Positions 1 through 8,092 of a stretch of DNA of 64,000 bases are shown one piece after another. This DNA comes from Planctomycetota bacterium (GTDB lineage: Bacteria > Planctomycetota > UBA11346). Within the stretch, counting starts at the first letter, position 1. The number at the start of each line of letters is the position of its first letter. Made by a program: the position numbers and the translations under genes. The notes under the pieces were generated by a model. It did not search any database and had not been told where the DNA came from. It was given only the letters and a program-made list of their open reading frames with translations. The stretch covers positions 64,001 through 128,000 of the forward strand of contig JBBRLJ010000003.1 of assembly GCA_038231435.1 (NCBI GenBank). Direction: 5' to 3'.

Positions 1-325
1 GCTGTTCTTCGTCGTGACCGCGACCTTCTCTGACCAGAACCTCTTCCAGGTCGAGCTGCCGAAGGCAGAGCAGGCAGAGGTGCGCGACACCACCGACGCC
101 ACGGTGGTATGCATCTCGAAGAACGGCAATTTCGCGCTTGGCCAGGACTACGTGGCCGACGACGCCTTGATGGCGACGCTACGCGCGCAGCTCGCCGAGC
201 GCAAATCGAAGACCCTGGTCATCCAGGGCGACAAGGGATGCCCATACGAGAAGGTGGTGATGGCCGTCGATGCCGCGCACGCACTCGGCGTCAACGAGTT
301 GTGCCTGGCGGTCGCGCAGCAGTGA
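1..325 (+). CDS. exbD: ExbD/TolR family biopolymer transport protein (5'-truncated by window edge)
   Basis: Frame open from position 2 (LFFVVTATF, end of the TM helix), then VELPKA and the C-terminal LVIQGDKGCPYEKVVMAVDAA...GV motif typical of ExbD/TolR. Confidence 0.88.
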   Translation, partial: LFFVVTATFSDQNLFQVELPKAEQAEVRDTTDATVVCISKNGNFALGQDYVADDALMATLRAQLAERKSKTLVIQGDKGCPYEKVVMAVDAAHALGVNELCLAVAQQ

Positions 326-378
326 GCGGCTGAGCTTTCACGGCGGCCTTCCGCCGCGAACCGAGGACACGCCGCCTC

Positions 379-1329
379 TCAGCCGAGCGCGCGCACGGTC
401 TTCCCGGGCACGATCGCGCATGCCGGGATCGCGGGCAGCTTCGCCACGCCGGCCAATGCTTTCGCGGCGATCGCCGCGAGCTCACGGAACGGATACGCCA
501 GCGTGGTGATTCCGGGATAAAGCCCAGTGAAGGTGGGGCTCGCGTCCACGCCGAGCACCGACACATCGACCGGCACCGACATGCCAGTATCGCCGAGGGC
601 GCGGATCACGGACAACGCCTGCCAGTCGTTGAGGCAGAAGAACGCGGTCGCGCGCCCGTCGCGGGCCATGGCGGCGATCAGCCCGTCGTCGGGACCATGG
701 ATGACCGTAGCCTCGAGTCCGGATTCGATCATGGCCGAGCGGTAGCCCGCCTCGCGCGCGACGATGCCGTGCGCGCGACGGTGGTATGAGAGATGGACGA
801 TGCGCCGATGGCCGAGGCCGAGCAGATGGAAGGTCGCGGTACGCCCCGTTTCGTGCTCGTCGGGCGATAGGAAACGCACACTCGGCCCGAGGCAGGGCGC
901 GACGAACGAGACCACCGGCAATGCTCCGTCGAGCTCCGAGCGCAGGCGGATCCCCTCGGCCGGCGGCACCACGACCACTCCGGCGGCGCGGCGCGCGGCG
1001 AAGTCGCCCAGCGCCTCGTGGAATTCGCGCTCGTTGTCCACCTGCGCCAACAGCAGGCGTAGGCCGGAGGGCGCCACCGCCTTGCGCACCTCGTTCATGA
1101 GATCGAGGAAGAATGGACTGTCGATCGCCGGCACCAGCGCACCGATGGTGCGGCTCGTGCCGCGCATCACCTCGAGCACCGCTGGATTGGGCCGGTAGCC
1201 GTGGCGTTCGGCCATCGCCAGGATCCGGCCGCGGGTCACGGTGCTGATTCCGGGCCGATCGTGCATGGCGCGATCCACCGTACCCTGCGAGACACCGCAC
1301 AGGCGCGCCAGCTCCAGCGACGAGATCAT
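379..1329 (-). CDS. LacI-family transcriptional regulator
   Basis: HTH ELARLCGVSQGTVDRAM...GYRPN followed by a periplasmic-binding-protein-like domain (LGHRRI, DVSVLGVD). ATG at 1329 overlaps the GH116 stop (ATGA). Confidence 0.93.
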   Translation of the reverse strand: MISSLELARLCGVSQGTVDRAMHDRPGISTVTRGRILAMAERHGYRPNPAVLEVMRGTSRTIGALVPAIDSPFFLDLMNEVRKAVAPSGLRLLLAQVDNEREFHEALGDFAARRAAGVVVVPPAEGIRLRSELDGALPVVSFVAPCLGPSVRFLSPDEHETGRTATFHLLGLGHRRIVHLSYHRRAHGIVAREAGYRSAMIESGLEATVIHGPDDGLIAAMARDGRATAFFCLNDWQALSVIRALGDTGMSVPVDVSVLGVDASPTFTGLYPGITTLAYPFRELAAIAAKALAGVAKLPAIPACAIVPGKTVRALG

Positions 1330-3950
1330 CGGCGTACGGACGGCGCCCGCACGGACCCGGATCCCCGTTTCGCCGGCGCACGCGTGGCGCGCACCGGCAC
1401 CACGACAGCCAGCGACTGGCCCGCGCGCAAGCGCTTGGTGGGCGCGAACGCCGCCTCGCCTACGTCCGCGAGGACGATCCTGGCGAGGCCCAGTTCTCCG
1501 TGCAGCACCCGCAGCGTCACCGTGATCCCACGACCCGAACGCTTCTGCGAGCAGGTGCCCCAGGCGTCGCCGGTGGACCAGAAATCGCGCGTGCCTGAGG
1601 GCGCCGCGCGGAAGGTCATCGCGCCCTCGACCGCCGAATAGTGGAACCCGGTCAGCGCCAGCACGCCCGCCCACGCCACCATCGCCCGCGCGTAGTGGTG
1701 GCCGCATTCGGCCTCGTCGAAGGGGCTGCGCCGTGCGCCGTCGTAGCGCGCGCGCACCGCGGCGATGCATTCGAGGCCCTCGTCCGCCAGGCCTTCCTGG
1801 ATCATCCCCACGGCGGCGGTGTGCTCGAAGCCGGTCATCACCTCGTTGTAATACGGAAACGGCCGCTTCGGACGCCGGCCGCGCGGGTACGTCGCCATCA
1901 GCAGCGCGTGCTCGTCGCTCAGGGCGAAGGAGCGCAGATGGTTGAAATGGCCGTACAGGCCGCGCTTGAAGTTGTGGCGATGGATGCTCGCCAGGGTCTT
2001 GGCGATCTTCCTGCGGTCACCCAGGTAGCCGAGCCCGCAGATGTGCGCCTGCATCTGGCCGACCAGCTGATCGACCAAGCACCCGGATCCGAGCTGCAGA
2101 TCGGGGGACATGCTGCCGCCCGCCCCCATGTTGTGGCGCAGGCCCTTGGCGATGGCGGTCTCCGGCATGGGCCGGATCTCGTGCTCGTAATATTCACCGT
2201 TGAAGAGATTGGCATCGGTCCAGGCGCTGCCGCGCTCGAAGAGCGCGCGACACTCGTCGGCGAAGGCGCTGTCACCGAGATGGCGGGCCATGTCCTCGCA
2301 CGCGCGCAGCGCGCCGAGATACCAGAACTCCATCTGCGGATTCGGCCCGTAATATTCCACGTCCATGGTGTTGTGCTGGCAGCCCTCCATCACCCCGTCG
2401 CGATCGGCATCCCAGCCGCCAGGGATCCAGCAGAACTCGAGGGCCTTGCGCACCCTCGGCCAGTGCGCGCGCAGGAAGCGCTCGTCGCCGCACAGCCGCC
2501 AATCGCGATGGAAGCGCATGATCGAGCCCATCTGCCCATCGGCGGCGGCGATGCCGAATTCCTGCGCGCGCGCGATCGGCAGGTTGACGCGGAAGCTCAT
2601 GTGCCCGTCGTCGCGGGTCATGTGGCCGAATTCCACCTCGCGCATCGAACGGGTCAGCTCGCCGAAGAGGAAGGCCGTGCACTGCTCGTAATTCCACACG
2701 TGGGTGCACGAGCCATTGCAGCATCCCGAGGTGTCGCCACAGCCCTCCCAGCCATAGAACCGCCCATCCGGCGTTCTGAAGCAGGTCTGCGAACGCAGCG
2801 TGCTGACGTTGTAGAGCGCAGCCTCCTTCACCACCTCAGGCAGATCACTGGCGCAGAAGGCGCGCACGAAGCCGAGGGTGCGCTCCTCGAGTCGCGGCAG
2901 CTCGCGCACCGTCCGGGTGACCACCTCCCAGGCGTCGCGGTAGACGGTGGTGTAGTGATTGCCGATCCAGTTCGGATTGGCGCACGACTGACCGGGCGCG
3001 CATCCGGCTGGTCCGCAGGCACCGGCCGGAACCACCAGCGGCTTGCCGTCGGCTCCCTGCGCCGGGCTCCAGGTCATGCGATTGGGGAAATGCCAGGAGA
3101 TCAGGAAGGTCACCTCGCGCTCCGAACGCGCGGGCACGGTGACGGCGACGGCGAGCGAACCGAGCTGGCTGTCGACACCGCCGCCGTCGCGCTGCTCGAG
3201 CTGGCCATCGGCGCTGAAATCATCCCAGAAATCGAGCATGGAATCGCCCCAGCTGAGGTTCGCCCAGCCAGTGCGGTGGCTGGCGGAGCCCGCGGTAGGC
3301 GTCGACAACGCCATGGTGCCCCACTGTTCGGCCGCGCGATCCACGCCATCGGAGCGCATGAACACGCCGCGCACGCCGTCTCCAGCGCGGTATTCGTTCA
3401 CGCTTCCTTTCTGTTTGGCGACGTTGGTCTCGTAGCCGACGATGTTCTCCATGGTGCCGCACACCGAGGCGCGCACCGGCTTGGCCGAGCGGTTGCGCAA
3501 CACGAAGCGGATGACCGCCATGGGTATGCTGCTGGCCTCGACGTCGCCCGGGACCAGGGGATTGAAGGCCTGCATGGTCACCGAGAGCGGGACGTCAGCA
3601 TCCGACAGTTCGACCTGGCCGAATGGATACGCGGCGAGGAACCGGCAATCGCGGAAGCGGGGCAGGCCGTGGTTCGGCACGGTACTGCCGAATCCCCCCT
3701 CGAACGGGGGCTGCAGCGCGCCCTCGAGCGCGCGCGTCACCGCCGGGCCGCCAGACGGTTTCGCCCACAGGGCGAAGAAGCAATGCCGTGGGGTGTAGCC
3801 CTTGGCGGGCTTGTTCATGACCTCCCAATCGCGCAGGTCCCCTCGGCCACCGAGCGAGACGGTGCCGGTGCCGATGCCGCCGAGCGGCAGGGCGATGCGG
3901 GCGAGATGGTCCGAGTCGTAGCGGGTGAGCACGGGCCAAGCACTGGGCAT
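1326..3950 (-). CDS. GH116 family glycoside hydrolase (GBA2-like beta-glucosidase/xylosidase), no signal peptide
   Basis: LPLGGIGTG N-terminus, FYGWEGC...GSCTHVWNY, AADGQMG, HNTMDVE, FNGEYY, EVMTGFE, PFDEAECGHHYARAM. GGAG RBS upstream. Confidence 0.92.
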   Translation of the reverse strand: MPSAWPVLTRYDSDHLARIALPLGGIGTGTVSLGGRGDLRDWEVMNKPAKGYTPRHCFFALWAKPSGGPAVTRALEGALQPPFEGGFGSTVPNHGLPRFRDCRFLAAYPFGQVELSDADVPLSVTMQAFNPLVPGDVEASSIPMAVIRFVLRNRSAKPVRASVCGTMENIVGYETNVAKQKGSVNEYRAGDGVRGVFMRSDGVDRAAEQWGTMALSTPTAGSASHRTGWANLSWGDSMLDFWDDFSADGQLEQRDGGGVDSQLGSLAVAVTVPARSEREVTFLISWHFPNRMTWSPAQGADGKPLVVPAGACGPAGCAPGQSCANPNWIGNHYTTVYRDAWEVVTRTVRELPRLEERTLGFVRAFCASDLPEVVKEAALYNVSTLRSQTCFRTPDGRFYGWEGCGDTSGCCNGSCTHVWNYEQCTAFLFGELTRSMREVEFGHMTRDDGHMSFRVNLPIARAQEFGIAAADGQMGSIMRFHRDWRLCGDERFLRAHWPRVRKALEFCWIPGGWDADRDGVMEGCQHNTMDVEYYGPNPQMEFWYLGALRACEDMARHLGDSAFADECRALFERGSAWTDANLFNGEYYEHEIRPMPETAIAKGLRHNMGAGGSMSPDLQLGSGCLVDQLVGQMQAHICGLGYLGDRRKIAKTLASIHRHNFKRGLYGHFNHLRSFALSDEHALLMATYPRGRRPKRPFPYYNEVMTGFEHTAAVGMIQEGLADEGLECIAAVRARYDGARRSPFDEAECGHHYARAMVAWAGVLALTGFHYSAVEGAMTFRAAPSGTRDFWSTGDAWGTCSQKRSGRGITVTLRVLHGELGLARIVLADVGEAAFAPTKRLRAGQSLAVVVPVRATRAPAKRGSGSVRAPSVRR

Positions 3951-3962
3951 GGAGCCTCCGAT

Positions 3963-3986
3963 CGTACCGTGTAGTTACACGATACG
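3963..3986. promoter_or_regulatory. Putative operator palindrome upstream of GH116 #1
   Basis: CGTACCGTGTAGTTACACGATACG is near-palindromic; a matching site lies upstream of the second GH116 gene (51787). Confidence 0.6.
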
Positions 3987-4032
3987 CCTTTTCAGTCAAT
4001 CCTTAGCTGGGCTCCTGCTGCTGGCGCCAGCA

Positions 4033-4563
4033 TCACGGCACGAACTTCAACGACCCCGGATGCTCCCAGACGGCCACGATCAGGCCCATGATCACCAGGC
4101 AGACGAGCTGGTAGGAGCTGTCGATCGCCCACAGCCAGAACGGCTTGCCGTGGAATGCGTAGGTGGTGCCCATGGTGGTGGCGATGAAGGCCAGCCAGAT
4201 ACCGCACGCGAACAGCGGGCCGTCGAGCACGCCGAGGAAGCCGATGAACTTGTGCACGGCGAGCATGCCCGCGGCCATCGCCAGCAGGGAGATGAAGCTG
4301 ATGGTCATGGGCTTGGCGGGATTGCCCAGTTCCTCGGGCTTGCGGCCGCCGAGGCGCAGCCAGGGCTTCCCGAACAGGAAGCGCGAATACCACAACCAGC
4401 CGAGGTTGAAGGCGATGAACGCGCCCACCGGGATGGTCCAGAAGTTCAGCTGCTTCCATTCGTCCCAGGCGCCGCCGCCGTGGGCCATCGGCTCGGCATC
4501 TCCGGCCGCGTCGGACGCGGCCGAGGCCAGCGCGTTCAGGATGTCCGTGGCGAGATCGAGCAT
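4033..4563 (-). CDS. DUF1761-like membrane protein
   Basis: LGWLWYSRFLFGKPWL motif, four hydrophobic segments, and FHGKPFWLWAIDSSYQLV. Confidence 0.8.
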   Translation of the reverse strand: MLDLATDILNALASAASDAAGDAEPMAHGGGAWDEWKQLNFWTIPVGAFIAFNLGWLWYSRFLFGKPWLRLGGRKPEELGNPAKPMTISFISLLAMAAGMLAVHKFIGFLGVLDGPLFACGIWLAFIATTMGTTYAFHGKPFWLWAIDSSYQLVCLVIMGLIVAVWEHPGSLKFVP

Positions 4564-4577
4564 GGCGGCTCCAGGGT

Positions 4578-4823
4578 TCAGCAGCAGCGCGGACGCTTTC
4601 CGCGGCGATCGAAGTACTGTCGGTAGAATTCACGGCGATCCAGCAGCGCGTGCCCATCCTTGAGAGAATGGCCGTGATCACGATGTTCGGCGAGATAGCG
4701 CTCGTAGGCATCGTCGCCCGACCATTCGCGCAGCCTCGATCGGCAGATAGCCCAGCAACGCGCCATGTGGCCCAGTACAGGGCCGAGGATCCGGCGGATG
4801 GACATGGGGATGGCGCCGGCCAT
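4578..4823 (-). CDS. YbdD/YjiX (Sel_put) family small protein associated with CstA
   Basis: GDDAYERYLAEH...REFYRQYFDRRGKRPRCC. ATG at 4823 overlaps the cstA stop (TGATG); this position after cstA is typical. Confidence 0.85.
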   Translation of the reverse strand: MAGAIPMSIRRILGPVLGHMARCWAICRSRLREWSGDDAYERYLAEHRDHGHSLKDGHALLDRREFYRQYFDRRGKRPRCC

Positions 4824-6952
4824 CACGCCTCCCGCAATTCGGCTTCGGACGGCTGCGGCTCGGGAGCTCTCGGCGAGGATCCGAGTAGCCGACCGCCAGT
4901 GAGGAAGGCCAAGCATTCGCGGATGGTGTCGACCAGCACTACCAGGATGGCGACCATGAAGACGGCGCATAGCGCGCCGTCGACGCGATTGTTGAAAGCC
5001 TTCTTGCGCAGGTCGCTCAGCTGCTGCCCCAGCGCCGTCGCGGCGGCAGGATCCGCTGGGGCGGGCGCGGCCGCTAGCGTCGCGATTTGCGCGTCGGTGC
5101 CGCGGGCGAGCTCGAGGAAGTTCACCGCCTTGTCCGATGATGCCAGCTTCTGCCAGCCGGCGGTCTCGGTCACGACCACCAACCACAGCAGTGGGATGAT
5201 GGTCACGAAGGCGAAGCGCGCCTTGCCCATCTTGACGATGATGGTCGTGCCCACGCACAGGGCGATCGCCGCCAGCACCTGATTGGCTATCCCGAAGACT
5301 GGCCACAACGTGTAGATGCCGCCGAGCTTGTCGTAGACGCCGGTCAGCAGGAAATATCCCCAGCTCATGGCGACGACGAAGCTCGCGATCCAGGCCGCGG
5401 GTTGCCATGAGACATTGCCGAAACGTTTCCAGACGTGGCCCACCAGATCCTGGAGGATGAAGCGGCCCACGCGGGTACCGGCGTCGATGGTCGTGAGGAT
5501 GAACAGCGCCTCGAACATGATCGCGAAGTGGTACCAGTGCTTCATCGCATCGGGGCCGGGAATGATGTTCGAGAAGATCCGCGCCATGCCCACTGCCAGG
5601 CACGGAGCCCCGCCTGCCCGCGATAGGATGGATTTCTCACCGACCTCGTCGGCGAGTCCCTGCAAGGCTTCCGGAGTGATGGCGAAGTTCCACTTCGAGA
5701 TGGTGGCCGCCGCCGAGGCCACGTCTGTGCCGATCTTGCCCGCGGGAGAATTCATCGCGAAGTAGGCTCCCGGTTCGAGCGCGCAGGCTGCGATCAGCGC
5801 AAGCACAGCGACGAAGCTCTCCATCAGCATCGACCCGTAGGCGATGGGGCGGGCGTGGCTCTCGCGCGCGAGCAGCTTCGGGGTGGTGCCGCTCGAGACC
5901 AGCGCGTGGAATCCGGAGATCGCGCCGCAGGCGATGGTGATGAATGCGAACGGGAACATCGTGCCAGCCGATACCGGCCCGTTGCCGTGGGCGAACGGGC
6001 CGCCATCGGCGAACTGGGTTACCAGCTTGGGCATCAGCAGCGGTGGCATGACGATGAAGATGCCCGCAGCGAGCAGGAAGACGGTGCCCACCTTGATGAA
6101 GGCCGACAGGTAGTCGCGCGGCGCGAGCAGCAGCCACACCGGCAGCACCGAGGCGGTGAAACCGTAGCCGATGATGAGCTTGGCCAGCGTGTCGCGCGAC
6201 AGGCTGAAGATCTGGCTCAGCTTGGGGTCGTCGTTGGCGTATTTCCCGGCCCACAGGGACGCGATCACCAGCACCAGCCCGATGAGGCTGGCCTCGAGCA
6301 CTCTGCCGGGACGGATCCAGCGCATCCACACGCCCATCAGCAGCGCGATCGGGATGGTCAGTCCGACCGACACCACGCCCCACGGGCTGTCGGCCAGGGC
6401 GTTGACCACCACCATCGCCAGAACCGCGGTGAGGATGATGATGATCGCGAACACCCCGAAGAGCGCCATCCAGCCGCCGACCGGCCCGATCTCTTCGCGC
6501 GCCATCTGGCCCAGCGATTTGCCGTCGCGGCGCATGCTGCCGCAAAGGATGACGCAGTCCTGGGCCGCGCCGCCTAGCACCACGCCGACGATGATCCACA
6601 GCGCCCCGGGCAGGTAGCCGAACTGCGCGGCCAGGATCGGCCCCACCAATGGGCCCGCTCCGGCGATGGCCGCAAAGTGGTGGCCGAACACCACCCATTT
6701 GTTGGTCGGCACGTAGTCGTGGCCGTCGTCGAGCCGCACCGCCGGAGTCGGGCGCGCGTCGTCGAGAGCGAAGATGCGGTTGGCGATGATGCGGCTGTAG
6801 AAGCGGTAGCCGATGGCGTACGTGCACAGCGCGGCGGTGAGCAGCCAGGCGGCACTGACGGTCTCGCCGCGATGCAGGGCGAGCACGGCGAACGCCCAGG
6901 CGCCCGCCGCAGATACCGCGCCCCAGCCCAGGATCGACCATATCCGTCGCAT
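4823..6952 (-). CDS. cstA: Carbon starvation protein A family peptide/pyruvate transporter
   Basis: DDGHDYVPTNKWVVFGHHFAAIAGAGPLVGP, PRDYLS, CGAISGFHALVSSGTT, YHFAIMFEALFILTT. AAAGAGGGG RBS before ATG 6952. Confidence 0.96.
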   Translation of the reverse strand: MRRIWSILGWGAVSAAGAWAFAVLALHRGETVSAAWLLTAALCTYAIGYRFYSRIIANRIFALDDARPTPAVRLDDGHDYVPTNKWVVFGHHFAAIAGAGPLVGPILAAQFGYLPGALWIIVGVVLGGAAQDCVILCGSMRRDGKSLGQMAREEIGPVGGWMALFGVFAIIIILTAVLAMVVVNALADSPWGVVSVGLTIPIALLMGVWMRWIRPGRVLEASLIGLVLVIASLWAGKYANDDPKLSQIFSLSRDTLAKLIIGYGFTASVLPVWLLLAPRDYLSAFIKVGTVFLLAAGIFIVMPPLLMPKLVTQFADGGPFAHGNGPVSAGTMFPFAFITIACGAISGFHALVSSGTTPKLLARESHARPIAYGSMLMESFVAVLALIAACALEPGAYFAMNSPAGKIGTDVASAAATISKWNFAITPEALQGLADEVGEKSILSRAGGAPCLAVGMARIFSNIIPGPDAMKHWYHFAIMFEALFILTTIDAGTRVGRFILQDLVGHVWKRFGNVSWQPAAWIASFVVAMSWGYFLLTGVYDKLGGIYTLWPVFGIANQVLAAIALCVGTTIIVKMGKARFAFVTIIPLLWLVVVTETAGWQKLASSDKAVNFLELARGTDAQIATLAAAPAPADPAAATALGQQLSDLRKKAFNNRVDGALCAVFMVAILVVLVDTIRECLAFLTGGRLLGSSPRAPEPQPSEAELREA

Positions 6953-7060
6953 GCGCCCCTCTTTAGCGGCGGGAGCGGGCTTGGCTACTACCGCAACTGG
7001 GCGCATCGCCTGCCCCAGCCCCCGCTAGGAGCGGGCGGGGGTGCTGGTATTCTCCCAGCC

Positions 7061-7927
7061 ATGGCTTGGGTGGAGCTCATCCCGGGCAAGCGCTTCGAGG
7101 AGGTCGTGAGGCCGGTCGGCCTGGGCGCCTTCCCCTACCGCGTGACCTTCGAGCGCCTGCATGCGGTCGAATGCAAGCTCACCCACACCGTCCGCCGGCA
7201 TCGCCACGGCAACTACGAGATCATGCTGATCGTGGGCGGGTCGTACGTCTGCACCATCAACGACCAGCGCTGCACCCTGCACCGCAACGGCGTCGCGGTG
7301 CTCAAGCCCGGAGACTGGCACGAGGACCTGTGCTCATCGCCGGTCGAGTTCATGAGCCTGACGCTGAAGGTCCAGCCCGGCCCCGACGCGACCACCTCGG
7401 CCTCTGTGTTCTCGGACGCGATCCCGCCCGCGGCCCAGGCCTTCGCCACCGCTGGGCACCTGCATGCGATCGCGGCGCGCATGCGCGCCGAGGGCGGACA
7501 CGCGGATCCGTTCTCGCCGCCGCTCCTGGACGCGCTCGCCTTCGAGTTCATCTGCGCCCTGCTGCGCTCGATGCCGAGCGCGTACATCAATCCCAAGCTG
7601 CTCGACGAGAATCCCCACCACGCATTCGCCACCGCGCTGTTGACGCTCTTCGATCGCAGCCTCGGCTCGCCGCTCGGGCTGGGCGACATGGCCAAGCATC
7701 TGGCGATGAGCGAGCGCTCGCTGAGCGCGCGCTGCCGCGCCGCGTTCAAGACCTCGCCCACGCGGTTGTTCGTGCGCTTCAAGATGGAGCGTGCGCGTAC
7801 GCTGCTCATGCAGACTGATACGCCGATCAAGGAGATCAGCCGTTACCTGGGCTTCGAGAATCCGTACCACTTCTCGACCGTCTACAAACGCGTGCACGGC
7901 TTTTCGCCCGCGCACCACCGCTGTTAG
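7061..7927 (+). CDS. AraC-family regulator with cupin sensing domain, divergent from cstA
   Basis: HRHGNYEI cupin motif and C-terminal ARTLLMQTDTPIKEISRYLGFENPYHFSTVYKRVHGFSP. Confidence 0.92.
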   Translation: MAWVELIPGKRFEEVVRPVGLGAFPYRVTFERLHAVECKLTHTVRRHRHGNYEIMLIVGGSYVCTINDQRCTLHRNGVAVLKPGDWHEDLCSSPVEFMSLTLKVQPGPDATTSASVFSDAIPPAAQAFATAGHLHAIAARMRAEGGHADPFSPPLLDALAFEFICALLRSMPSAYINPKLLDENPHHAFATALLTLFDRSLGSPLGLGDMAKHLAMSERSLSARCRAAFKTSPTRLFVRFKMERARTLLMQTDTPIKEISRYLGFENPYHFSTVYKRVHGFSPAHHRC

Positions 7928-7950
7928 TTGGGGGGCTACGGCCCCCCAAC
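7924..7950. repeat. REP-like hairpin repeat, family A, copy 1
   Basis: TTAGTTGGGGGGCTACGGCCCCCCAAC, identical over 27 bp to 26397-26423. Confidence 0.8.
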
Positions 7951-8092
7951 ATCGCGCTGCCCCTACCGACCGGGGCCTTACGCCGCGCTGCCCCCCGGGA
8001 AGGAACGGCCAGTGGGATTTGGGAGCAGGCGCCGGTGGCGCTGCTCGTTACGGCGCGCGCTCACGTGGAGAGTGCATTGACAAGCGATCAGG

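Noticed and set aside
1641..3974. Long antisense and alternate-frame ORFs (e.g. 1641-3974+, 29404-31560+, 54080-55939-, 60302-61792-)
   Set aside because: Shadow ORFs expected at high GC3; they overlap well-supported genes and have no recognisable motifs.
4578..4590. Possible selenocysteine readthrough in the YbdD/YjiX protein
   Set aside because: The terminal motif is already Cys-Cys, TGA follows as a normal stop, and the next gene starts 15 bp later.
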